From contig JAYTOU010000095.1 in assembly GCA_043747615.1 (NCBI GenBank), positions 1-12,721 of the forward strand: a DNA stretch of 12,721 bases, in the 5' to 3' direction. Below, piece by piece: positions 1-8,257 of this stretch. The position numbers were made by a program, and so were the translations under genes. The notes below the pieces were generated by a model that saw only the letters and a list, made by a program, of their open reading frames with translations, was not told where the DNA came from and ran no database searches. Positions within the stretch are counted from its first letter, which is position 1; every line of letters starts with the position of its first letter. This DNA comes from Myxococcales bacterium (GTDB lineage Bacteria > Myxococcota_A > Polyangia > Polyangiales > Polyangiaceae).

Positions 1-3000
1 AGCGGTCACGACCGCGGCGCGAGCGGGCTGCTCCCGTACGTTGTGAGCGATCGACTCTTGCACAAGTCGTCGCTCGAACGGCCGCGCGGTCGCGTTCCAT
101 TCGGTAAGAATCAGGTGCTTCTCGGCTTCCCCCATGAGAGGCAACCTGGCAACGCGCTCTTCGGGACGGTCGAGTGCCGCGCCGAGCAGCGTGACCACGT
201 GCTCCGCAAAACGCTCGATGGTCGATCGGTCGAAGAGCGCGCGGTCGTACTGCAAGGAGCCGCGGAAAGAGCCGCCGTCTTCGATGATCTCGAGCGACAG
301 GTCGAACTTTGCGACGTCGAGGGGGGCCGGCTCGGACGACACGGTGACGTGCTCCAGCGCGCGCGCGTCCGGGTCCGTGCTCTGCAACACGAACATCGTC
401 TGAAAAATCGGCGTGCGGCTCATGTCCCGCGGGATCTTCAGCGCGTCGACCAGCCTCTCGAACGGCACGTCCTGATGGGCGTACGCCGCGAGGGCCGTTT
501 GCTTTGTGCGCCTAAGAGCGTTTGCGAACGACACGTTCGGCGCGAAGGTTGCCCGCATGGCGAGGGTGTTGACGAAGAACCCAACCATGCCTTCGAGCTC
601 TTGCCGCGTGCGATTGGCGATGGCCGTGCCGACCACGACGTCACTCTGACCCGACCAACGCGAGAGCACGCATTGGTATGCCGTCAGGAAAATCATGAAC
701 GGCGTGACACCTTCGCGTCGGCAGGTAACGCGTAGAGCTGCGGCGATGGGTGCCGGCACGACGACGTCGACAGCGCCCCCTCGATATTGCTTGACCGCCG
801 GACGCGGTCTATCCGTCGGGAGCTCGAGTGCGGCGGGCGCTCCGATGAGCAGCTCCTTCCAAAATGCCACCTGCCGCTCGAGCACATCGCCCGTGAGCCA
901 GCCCCGCTGCCACGCGGCGAAGTCGGCGTAATCCAGCGCGATCGAGGCGAGCGGCGAAGGTTGTCCCGCCGCGAACGCTTCGTAAATGGTCCAGAGCTCG
1001 CGCGCCAACACGCCGCTGGACCAGCCGTCAGTGGCGATGTGATGCGTGCAGATGAGGAGAAGGTGAATGTTGTGTCGGACGCGGATGAGTGTCGCGCGGA
1101 AGCGAGGGCCGGTCGCGAGATCGAACGGCGTGTGGGCCTCGCGTGCGACGACTGCATGCGCGTCTTCTTCTGAGATCGCCTCGACGCGGAGCAGCGGAGT
1201 CTCCCCCGACGAATGGATCACCTGGTGCGGTTCGCCGTCGATCGCCGCGAAGGTAGTGCGCAAGGTTTCGTGTCGCTTTACGAGCTCTCCGAGCGCACGC
1301 TCGAGCGCCGCCTCCTCGAGCGCGCCGACCACGCGGACCAAATCGGGCACGTTGTAGGTCGAGCTGCCGCCTCCTTCGAGCTGATCGAGAAGCCAGAGCC
1401 GTGGCTGCGCGAACGATGCTGGCAATGGTTTGGCGCGGTCGACACGCGTGAGTGGCGGCGCGGTGGTAGGGCCCCCCGCCGTTACGCGTGCACGCTCGGC
1501 GAGCCGGCCCACCGTCGGCGCCTCGAACACCGCGCGCACGGGAAGCTCGATGCCGAGCAGTCGGCGGATGCGGCTCACCACGCGCGTCGCCAGCAGCGAG
1601 TGACCGCCGACCGCGAAAAAGTCGTCGTGAATCCCGACGCGCGCGAGGCCGAGTACCTCGCGAAAGATGCCCGCCAGAGTCTCCTCGGTCGCGTTCCGCG
1701 GCGCGACGTATTCCTCGACTACCGCAGAGAAGTCCGGCGCTGGCAGCGCCTTGCGGTCGATCTTGCCGTTCGGCGTAAGGGGCAGTGCGTCGAGGGCGAC
1801 GAACGCGCTGGGCACCATGTAGTCCGGCAGCGTCTTGCCGAGCGTCGACCGCAGCGCACTCGTGTTCACCTCCGCGCCCGTCACGGGGACGACATACGCG
1901 ATCAACCGCTTGTCGCTCCCGCCGTCTTCGCGTGCGACGACCACCGCTTCCGCGACGGTGGAAACCGAACGGAGCGCGGACTCGATCTCCCCGAGCTCGA
2001 TCCGGAATCCGCGGATCTTCACCTGATGGTCGATGCGTCCTAGATAGTCGATGACGCCGTCTTGACGCGTACGGCCAAGATCCCCCGTGCGATAGGCCCG
2101 CGCGCCGGGGCGCGTCGCAAAAGGATCGGGGACGAATCTTTCGGCCGTGAGATCCGGACGATTCCAATAACCACGACCTACGCCGATACCGCCGATCCAC
2201 ACCTCCCCCGAAACGCCGATCGGGCAGGGCCCGCCGCGGTCGTCGACGACGTGGATCTGCGTGTTCCATATCGGCCGCCCAATCGGAATCTCACCGGTCG
2301 CTCCGCGTCGGCACTCCCAGAACGTCACGTCGATCGACGCTTCGGTCGGCCCGTACAAATTGTGAAGCGCACACGTGAAGCGCTCGTGGAAACGATCGAC
2401 CAGCGCACGCGGGAGCGCCTCTCCACTCGCCAGCACGCGACGCAGCGTCTTGCAGCGCGTGGCCGCAGCTTCCTCGACGAAAACCTGGAGCATCGAGGGG
2501 ACGAAATGCGCCGTCGTCACCCCCGATCGCTCGATGAGATCCGCGAGGTACTTCGAATCCTTGTGGCCGTCCGGCCGTGCCATCACGAGCCGGGCGCCTA
2601 CGGCAAGTGGCCAAAAAAACTCCCAGACCGAAACGTCGAACATGTAGGGCGTCTTTTGAACCACGCAGTCGTCCGCGGCGAGACCGTAGGCGCTCTGCAT
2701 CCACAGGATCCGGTTTCGCAGACCGGCGTGCGTGTTCATCGCTGCCTTCGGGTTCCCGGTCGATCCCGAGGTGTAGATCACGTACGCGAGCTGCGCGTCG
2801 TCGATGGGGACAGACGCGCTCCGCGGCCGACGAACGAGCGCGCGCGCATCCACTTCCACGAGGGAGATGTCGTCAACAATCTCGAACGACAGCCGATGCT
2901 CCCGCTGGACCAGCACGATGGATGCCTGGAGATCGCGCACCATGAACGCGAGCCGGGCGGGCGGAAGGTGGGGATCGAGCGGCGCGTACGCGGCGCCGGC

Positions 3001-4920
3001 TTTCAGGACCGCGTACAGCGCGATGAGCATCTCCAGCGAACGATCCATGACAAGCGCCACGATGCGATCGCGTCCGGCGCCACGCGCAATGAGCTGATGC
3101 GCGAGATCATTCGCGCGCTCGTCCAGCTCGCGGTACGTCAAATGCGCTTCGCCGCTTTCGATCGCGATCGCATCCGGCGTTAACTCAGCCTGGGCCTCGA
3201 AAACGTGGTGGATCGGCCGTGTATGGGGGAGGGCCACGTTCGTCGCATTCCACTCGACGACCACCCGGTGGCGCTCCGCTGCCGTCATCAGCTCGAGGGC
3301 ATGCATCGGGAGCTCGGGCCGCGCGAGTGCGTCGGCAAGAAACATCACTAGGTGCTCTACGAAGCGCTCGATGGTCGACTGGTCGAAGAGCGCGACGTCG
3401 TACTCCAGCGTTCCGCGGAAGCCGCCACGGTCTTCGAGGACCTCGAGTAGCAGGTCGAACTTCGCGACATCGAGAGGCGCCCTTTCGGGCGAGAAGGCGA
3501 GGTCCTTTACCGCGAGCGTTTCCGAGTCCGTGCTTTGCAAGACGAACATCGCCTGAAAGATCGGCGTGCGGCTTATGTCTCGCGGGACGTTGAGCGCGTC
3601 AACCAGCCTCTCGAACGGGACGTCCTGCTGCGCGTATGCGGACACAGCCGTCTGCTTTACGCGCCTCAGCACGTCAACGAACGACGCCTCACGCTCGAAC
3701 GAAGTGCGCATTGCCAGCGTGTTGACGAAAAACCCGACCACGTGATCGAGCTCGTGCCTCGTCCGATTCGCGATCGCCGTGCCGACGACGACGTCGTTCT
3801 GGCCCGACCAACGGGAAAGCACGCTCTGATAAGCCGTGAGCAGCACCATGAACGGCGTGACGCCTTCGCGCCGGCACAGCGCGTGGATGCCGTCGGCGAC
3901 TACGGCGGGCAAGACCACGTCGACGACAGCGCCCCGATGTTGTTTGATCGCGGGGCGCGGCCGGTCCGTTGGCAGCTCGAGCGCAGCGGGCGCGCCCGCA
4001 AGAAGCTCCCTCCAGAACGAGAGCTGTCTCTCGAGCACTTCGCCGTCCAGCCAGGAGCGCTGCCACACCCCGAAGTCCGCATAGTCGAGCGCCGGCGTGG
4101 GCAAAGGCGACGCCGCCTTACCTTCAACGAAAGCTCCGTAGAGCATCGACAGCTCGCGTGTTAGCACCTGCATCGACCAGCCGTCGGTCGCGATGTGATG
4201 GATGCACAAGACGAGCACGTGAGCGTCATTGCGAACCTTGACGAGCGTCGCGTGCATCATCGGGCCGGTGGCAAGGTCGAACGTCGCATGCACGGCGCGC
4301 GATACGGCGACGCGTGCCTCGTCCTCGGACGACGCGGTGATGCGTATGAGCTGCATCTCGAGCGACGGATGGATCACTTGATGCGGCTCACCGTCGATCG
4401 CGATGAACGTCGTCCGCAGCGCCTCGTGCCGGTTTACGAGCTCCTGGATGGAACGACCTAAGGCAGCGCTATCGAGCGCACCTTCCATGCGCAGCGCAAG
4501 TGGAACGTTGTACGTCGCGCTGCGTCCTTCCAGCTGGTCGAGAAACCACATACGCGACTGCGCGAATGAAGCCGGAATCGGTGTCGTGCGGTCGGCCCGC
4601 TTGACGAGCTCCAACGCCGCAGCGGTCGGACCAGAACCCGCGCGCAGGTGGCCCGCGAGCGCGGCGATCGTCGGTGACGTGAAGAAGTCCTCGATCGGAA
4701 CCTCGACGTCGTAGGCAGCCTCGATACGGCCAAGGACGCGTACCGCGGCGAGCGAGTTGCCCCCGCGCGCGAAGAAGTCGTCGTTCACGCCGACGCGCTC
4801 GACTCGGAGGACGGCCGCGAATATGTCGGCCAATCCCTGCTCCGTCGGGTTGCGCGGCGCGACGTACTCCCGCTCGGCTCGCACGCTCTGAGCGTAATCG
4901 CGGAGCGCGCTCAGCGTCAA
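1..4920 (-). CDS. Non-ribosomal peptide synthetase, 3'-partial (T1-C1-A1-T2-C2-A2 start; about 1630-1640 aa visible)
   Basis: Manual translation of the minus frame in register with the long antisense + ORFs. Motifs: FFARGGNSL, HHIATDGWS (twice), LAYVIYTSGSTGNPK, FDVSVWE, NLYGPTE, LTPNGKIDRKALP, FFAVGGHSL. Upstream in-frame stop at 4948-4950; start is TTG 4920 or GTG 4884 (uncertain). The ORF track lists no minus ORF ending in this frame, consistent with the gene running off the left edge. Confidence 0.97.
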   Translation of the reverse strand, partial: MTLSALRDYAQSVRAEREYVAPRNPTEQGLADIFAAVLRVERVGVNDDFFARGGNSLAAVRVLGRIEAAYDVEVPIEDFFTSPTIAALAGHLRAGSGPTAAALELVKRADRTTPIPASFAQSRMWFLDQLEGRSATYNVPLALRMEGALDSAALGRSIQELVNRHEALRTTFIAIDGEPHQVIHPSLEMQLIRITASSEDEARVAVSRAVHATFDLATGPMMHATLVKVRNDAHVLVLCIHHIATDGWSMQVLTRELSMLYGAFVEGKAASPLPTPALDYADFGVWQRSWLDGEVLERQLSFWRELLAGAPAALELPTDRPRPAIKQHRGAVVDVVLPAVVADGIHALCRREGVTPFMVLLTAYQSVLSRWSGQNDVVVGTAIANRTRHELDHVVGFFVNTLAMRTSFEREASFVDVLRRVKQTAVSAYAQQDVPFERLVDALNVPRDISRTPIFQAMFVLQSTDSETLAVKDLAFSPERAPLDVAKFDLLLEVLEDRGGFRGTLEYDVALFDQSTIERFVEHLVMFLADALARPELPMHALELMTAAERHRVVVEWNATNVALPHTRPIHHVFEAQAELTPDAIAIESGEAHLTYRELDERANDLAHQLIARGAGRDRIVALVMDRSLEMLIALYAVLKAGAAYAPLDPHLPPARLAFMVRDLQASIVLVQREHRLSFEIVDDISLVEVDARALVRRPRSASVPIDDAQLAYVIYTSGSTGNPKAAMNTHAGLRNRILWMQSAYGLAADDCVVQKTPYMFDVSVWEFFWPLAVGARLVMARPDGHKDSKYLADLIERSGVTTAHFVPSMLQVFVEEAAATRCKTLRRVLASGEALPRALVDRFHERFTCALHNLYGPTEASIDVTFWECRRGATGEIPIGRPIWNTQIHVVDDRGGPCPIGVSGEVWIGGIGVGRGYWNRPDLTAERFVPDPFATRPGARAYRTGDLGRTRQDGVIDYLGRIDHQVKIRGFRIELGEIESALRSVSTVAEAVVVAREDGGSDKRLIAYVVPVTGAEVNTSALRSTLGKTLPDYMVPSAFVALDALPLTPNGKIDRKALPAPDFSAVVEEYVAPRNATEETLAGIFREVLGLARVGIHDDFFAVGGHSLLATRVVSRIRRLLGIELPVRAVFEAPTVGRLAERARVTAGGPTTAPPLTRVDRAKPLPASFAQPRLWLLDQLEGGGSSTYNVPDLVRVVGALEEAALERALGELVKRHETLRTTFAAIDGEPHQVIHSSGETPLLRVEAISEEDAHAVVAREAHTPFDLATGPRFRATLIRVRHNIHLLLICTHHIATDGWSSGVLARELWTIYEAFAAGQPSPLASIALDYADFAAWQRGWLTGDVLERQVAFWKELLIGAPAALELPTDRPRPAVKQYRGGAVDVVVPAPIAAALRVTCRREGVTPFMIFLTAYQCVLSRWSGQSDVVVGTAIANRTRQELEGMVGFFVNTLAMRATFAPNVSFANALRRTKQTALAAYAHQDVPFERLVDALKIPRDMSRTPIFQTMFVLQSTDPDARALEHVTVSSEPAPLDVAKFDLSLEIIEDGGSFRGSLQYDRALFDRSTIERFAEHVVTLLGAALDRPEERVARLPLMGEAEKHLILTEWNATARPFERRLVQESIAHNVREQPARAAVVTA
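136..1428 (-). other. NRPS condensation domain C2 (LCL-like); A2 begins at about 100 and runs off the window
   Basis: PASFAQPRLWLLDQLEGG..TYNVP; HHIATDG at 1024-1044; DVAKFDLSLE and YDRALFDRSTIERF; followed by the EWNATARP linker into the next A domain. Confidence 0.92.
1492..1710 (-). other. NRPS thiolation domain T2
   Basis: YVAPRNATEETLAGIFREVLG...DDFFAVGGHSLLATRVVSRIR; Ser codon at 1597-1599. Confidence 0.93.
1741..3252 (-). other. NRPS adenylation domain A1, predicted L-Ser specific
   Basis: A3 LAYVIYTSGSTGNPK; QKTPYMFDVSVWEFFWPL; VTTAHFVPSML; RRVLASGEAL; LHNLYGPTEASIDVT; A10 PNGK. Hand-extracted Stachelhaus code DVWHLSLIDK. Confidence 0.9.
3290..4578 (-). other. NRPS condensation domain C1 (LCL-like), boundaries approximate
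   Basis: PASFAQSRMWFLDQLEG..TYNVP start; HHIATDG active site at 4180-4200; AKFDLLLE and YDVALFD near the C-terminus. Confidence 0.92.
4645..4866 (-). other. NRPS N-terminal thiolation (PCP) domain T1
   Basis: YVAPRNPTEQGLADIFAAVLRVERVGVNDDFFARGGNSLAAVRV...PTIAALA; phosphopantetheine Ser codon at 4753-4755. Confidence 0.93.
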
Positions 4921-5008
4921 ACGTGCACTGTTGCTCTTCGGAGCGCCCTAACAAGCAACGCGTCGACGCTTGACGGTCTTCAGGGGCTCGGCGACGCTCC
5001 TCAAGCCG

Positions 5009-6052
5009 ATGAGACTCAACGTCGTTCCCGAGACCGAAGCGGACCTCGAAATGGTCCGGAAAGACCAAGTCAGGTTTGCGCTGCAGCTCGAGGTATGCAC
5101 CGTCGCCCAGATGGGGCGGGCGCTTCAGAGTTGCGCGGCACTCGGCGTCTTTGAGGCGATGGCGGACGGACCGAAGACGCCGGACGAAATCGCATCTGGC
5201 TGCGGGCTCGCACTGCGAGCGATTCGCTCCCTCGTAGAGGCGCTCGGCACGACGATCTACGTACGAAAAGTGGGCGAAAAGTACGAGCTGACCGACCAAG
5301 GAAGGCGTTGGATGCTTGGTCTCGGACGCGGGGGCTTCGCTGATTTCGTCGGCGGTGGGTCGCTTGAGATCGAATGGGCAACGGATCTCATGACGGCGGT
5401 CCGGACGGGCAGGAGCCTTCCGATCTTGTCCATGATGACTCCTGAGCGCTGGGAGCTCTATGAGCGCGCGCAGCTAGCGTTGACGCGCGCCCGTGAGGCA
5501 ACGTTACTGTCGAACGTTCCGGTGCCGCACGGTGCGCGTGCGATGCTCGACATCGGGGCGGCGCACGGTCATCGAGCCGTCGCTTTCTGTCGGAAGTATC
5601 TCGATATGTCCGCGACCGTCCTCGACTTGCCGGTCGCCGTCGAAGCGAGCGTGGGCCTTCTCCAGGCCGCAGCGATGGGCAAGCGTGTCCTTCATCGCGC
5701 CGCAGATCCCATCACGGCGGACCTCGGTGTCGAGACGTACGACCTGATCGTGACGTCGTCATCGCTCGCTCGGTTCACGCGGAGCCAGAGCTCGGATCTG
5801 ATGAAACGCTGCGCGCTTGCGCTCCGTCCGTCCGGCCTTCTCGTCATCGACGATTTTTTCCGATTCGCTCGGGCGAGCGAGGGCGGTCAGCAGGCGGCGC
5901 TCGTCGCCCTCTTGCTCACCGTGACAAGCGAGGACGGCCCCTTCACGATCGAGGACGCCGCAGCTTGGCAGCGCGAGAGCGGCCTCGAACCGCTGCCCTC
6001 GGTCGTCGTCGACGGAGGCATGGTGACGCTCCAGATGGCGCGAAAGCGATGA
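5009..6052 (+). CDS. Class I SAM-dependent methyltransferase, family-2 O-MT type with dimerisation domain (MT1, degenerate motifs)
   Basis: LGVFEAMADGPKTPDEIA winged-helix N-terminus, MLDIGAAHG, VLDLP, ALRPSGLLVIDD. ATG 5009 is preferred over TTG 4970 because it matches the MT2 N-terminus (MRLNVVPETE vs MRVVAEVDTE). Confidence 0.88.
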   Translation: MRLNVVPETEADLEMVRKDQVRFALQLEVCTVAQMGRALQSCAALGVFEAMADGPKTPDEIASGCGLALRAIRSLVEALGTTIYVRKVGEKYELTDQGRRWMLGLGRGGFADFVGGGSLEIEWATDLMTAVRTGRSLPILSMMTPERWELYERAQLALTRAREATLLSNVPVPHGARAMLDIGAAHGHRAVAFCRKYLDMSATVLDLPVAVEASVGLLQAAAMGKRVLHRAADPITADLGVETYDLIVTSSSLARFTRSQSSDLMKRCALALRPSGLLVIDDFFRFARASEGGQQAALVALLLTVTSEDGPFTIEDAAAWQRESGLEPLPSVVVDGGMVTLQMARKR

Positions 6053-7116
6053 GGGTCGTCGCCGAGGTTGACACCGAACGCGAGAGCGTTGCGAGCCCCG
6101 AGACTCGCGAGATGCTGACGGTCATGTTGGAGACGGTCCACGGACCTCTCTTGGCGCGGTCGCTCCAGACGGCCATTCAACTAGGCTTCTTCGAAGCGCT
6201 GGCGGGGGGGGGCCGGACCGCGAACGAGGTTGCCTTGCAATGCGAGACGAATCCGCGAACCACCGCGGCGCTGCTCGAGGTGCTCGCCACGACGGAGTAC
6301 GTGAGCTCGACGGGAGATCGCTACGCGCTGACCGATCTCGGCCGCAGGTGGGCTCTCGGATACCGGCAAGGCACGGTCCTCAGCTACTTCCTCATGGGCG
6401 TGCTCGAGTGGCGCTGGTACGGGCACTTCGCGACCTTTCTCCGCACCGGAGAAGCGGTCGACATGCACGCCCATCTGACGCCAGACGAATGGCGAATTTA
6501 CATGGACGCGATGTACGTCGCGCGGAAGGCTACAGCCGAGACGATTATTCCCGCGATACCTGTTCCCGAGGGAGCTTGCAGGCTGCTGGATCTCGGCGGC
6601 GGGCACGGATTTCAAGCCATCGCCCTCTGTCGCCTGCATCCCAACTTGCAAGCCGTCGTATTCGATCTGCCCGGGGCAATCGACGGTTCCGCGACGTGGT
6701 TCGACCTCGAGTCCCGCGGCCTCGAAGGACGCATCTCGCGGCAAGCAGGTAACGCGCTCACGGACGATTTCGGCGACTCCGAATACGACTTCATATTGGT
6801 CGACGGCGTCGTGCACGTGCTCAGCGAAGCGCATAACCAGCTTCTCGTTCAACGTTGCGCCCGCGCGCTTCGCCCCGGCGGTTCGCTCATGCTCCTTGAC
6901 CAGCTCGCGCAAGACCATCCCGGCTTCGATGGCCAAAATAATGGTTTTTATCACCTCCTCATGACGCTGATTTGCGAGTCCGGTTTCTGGACATTGGAAC
7001 GGATGGCGCAGTGGCAGCGAACCGCGGGCCTCGAGCCCACTCGCAGTTTCCGTATCCTCGGCTTGACGGGCGCCGCGCTGGCGAGAAAACCCTTCGCCGA
7101 GAGGCCGGCGGAGTGA
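6049..7116 (+). CDS. Class I SAM-dependent methyltransferase, family-2 O-MT type (MT2)
   Basis: LGFFEALAGG, LLDLGGGHG, VFDLP, AGNALTDDFG, DGVVHVLS, ALRPGGSLMLLD. ATGA start/stop overlap with MT1 at 6049-6052. Confidence 0.92.
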   Translation: MRVVAEVDTERESVASPETREMLTVMLETVHGPLLARSLQTAIQLGFFEALAGGGRTANEVALQCETNPRTTAALLEVLATTEYVSSTGDRYALTDLGRRWALGYRQGTVLSYFLMGVLEWRWYGHFATFLRTGEAVDMHAHLTPDEWRIYMDAMYVARKATAETIIPAIPVPEGACRLLDLGGGHGFQAIALCRLHPNLQAVVFDLPGAIDGSATWFDLESRGLEGRISRQAGNALTDDFGDSEYDFILVDGVVHVLSEAHNQLLVQRCARALRPGGSLMLLDQLAQDHPGFDGQNNGFYHLLMTLICESGFWTLERMAQWQRTAGLEPTRSFRILGLTGAALARKPFAERPAE

Positions 7117-7123
7117 CGGCTTC

Positions 7124-8257
7124 TTGCTGATAGTCGTCGCCTCCACATTCAGCTCGAGCCCCCTCGAAAGCGTCTTCAAAGAGACGCTTTGCGCGCGAGG
7201 GGGGGAGCATCGTGTGGAGCTCGCGCAGTACGCTCTTCTTCCTCAATTTCTCCTCGCCCCTCAGGCTCTATATCCAGGCGAGGCGGTCGGCGCTGCGGTC
7301 GTCCTCATCCGCGTCGAAGACCGACTCAAAATGGCGAGCCCCACGCTCGCGCCCGACGAGAGCCGACGTATCCTCGAATCGTACGTCGAGGAGATCGTCG
7401 CGCAACTCCGCGTCGCCAGCGCGTGGGGGATACCGCTCTTCGCCATATGCTGCCCGTCGCGGGGTCACGTCGCAACGAAGCGAAAGCTCGCGAGCCTGAC
7501 TACTGCGCTCACGGCAACGGCGGAGGCTCGGATCCGCGAGCTTCCCGGTGTCCGCTCTCTCGCATGGGCAGACGTGGAAAAGCGGCTTCCGCCATCGAGC
7601 ACGATCGACGACGTCGGTGCGGACAAATGGGGGCAGGTGCCTTTCAGCGAGGAGTGCTTCGACGAGCTCGGCCGGTTTCTCGGTGAGCAGATCGCGCTGA
7701 GTTCGGAGAACGCAACAATGCCTCCAACGGCGATCCCCGATGCGTCACGGGTGTTCGACGACTACCTGCGCGCGCTCGACGTCAAGGTCGACGTCGTGAT
7801 CGCGGGACCGGAGTTGCGGAGCTCGGTCGACCGGCTCCACGTCGTGGTCTCTGCCTTCAACACAATGGGAGTATCGAAGCTGACGCAGGACGATCCTCTC
7901 GGCGAAGGCCTCCGCAACGGGCGGATCCAGCCCTGGCTCGTTCACGTGCGCGATAGCGTAGGCGACTACGGAGCGTCGGGGGTTGTTCTCTCCTCAACGA
8001 GTGAACGCACGTTTCACGTCGAGTCGTTCGTCCTCGGTTGTCCGGTCCTCGGAAAGCGGGTCGAGGGGGCCGTTCTAGCCGCGCTCGCGGACGTCGCGCG
8101 CGAAGCGGGCTGTGACCAACTTGCCGTTCACTTCCGCCGCACCGACAGGAACGAGCTAGCTCAGAGGTTCGTCGATCGGCTCTCGCGAGACACGTCTGCT
8201 TCATCTAGCAACGTAGTCATCGTGCCGCTCGACGCCATCGCTGGTGCCCTCAGGTAG
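7124..8257 (+). CDS. FkbH-like protein lacking the HAD-IIIC phosphatase domain (N-terminal domain plus GNAT-like acyltransferase domain)
   Basis: The N-terminus (IVVASTFSSSPLE, AQY...QFLLAP, VLIRVED, DKWGQVPF) resembles the N-terminal region of long FkbH proteins. The C-terminus (FDDYLRALDVKV, RDSVGDYG..GV, VESFVLGCPVLGKRVE, RTDRN) resembles the FkbH acyltransferase domain. GGAG at 7110-7113 precedes TTG 7124. Confidence 0.8.
   Translation: MLIVVASTFSSSPLESVFKETLCARGGEHRVELAQYALLPQFLLAPQALYPGEAVGAAVVLIRVEDRLKMASPTLAPDESRRILESYVEEIVAQLRVASAWGIPLFAICCPSRGHVATKRKLASLTTALTATAEARIRELPGVRSLAWADVEKRLPPSSTIDDVGADKWGQVPFSEECFDELGRFLGEQIALSSENATMPPTAIPDASRVFDDYLRALDVKVDVVIAGPELRSSVDRLHVVVSAFNTMGVSKLTQDDPLGEGLRNGRIQPWLVHVRDSVGDYGASGVVLSSTSERTFHVESFVLGCPVLGKRVEGAVLAALADVAREAGCDQLAVHFRRTDRNELAQRFVDRLSRDTSASSSNVVIVPLDAIAGALR

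Noticed and set aside
1028..2269. 413-aa Arg-rich minus ORF and similar off-frame ORFs
   Set aside because: Alternative frames of the NRPS with the Arg/Ala/Gly-rich composition of non-coding frames.
43..4461. Long + strand ORFs (43-735, 787-1173, 1213-2043, 2062-3183, 3535-4164, 4195-4461)
   Set aside because: All lie in the same codon register as the minus-strand NRPS and have no recognisable motifs; they are antisense shadows typical of high-GC genes.
5965..6048. Extended N-terminus of MT2 given by the ORF track
   Set aside because: It overlaps MT1. ATG 6049 gives an ATGA coupling and matches the MT1 N-terminus.
6181..7179. 332-aa minus ORF
   Set aside because: Antisense shadow of MT2.
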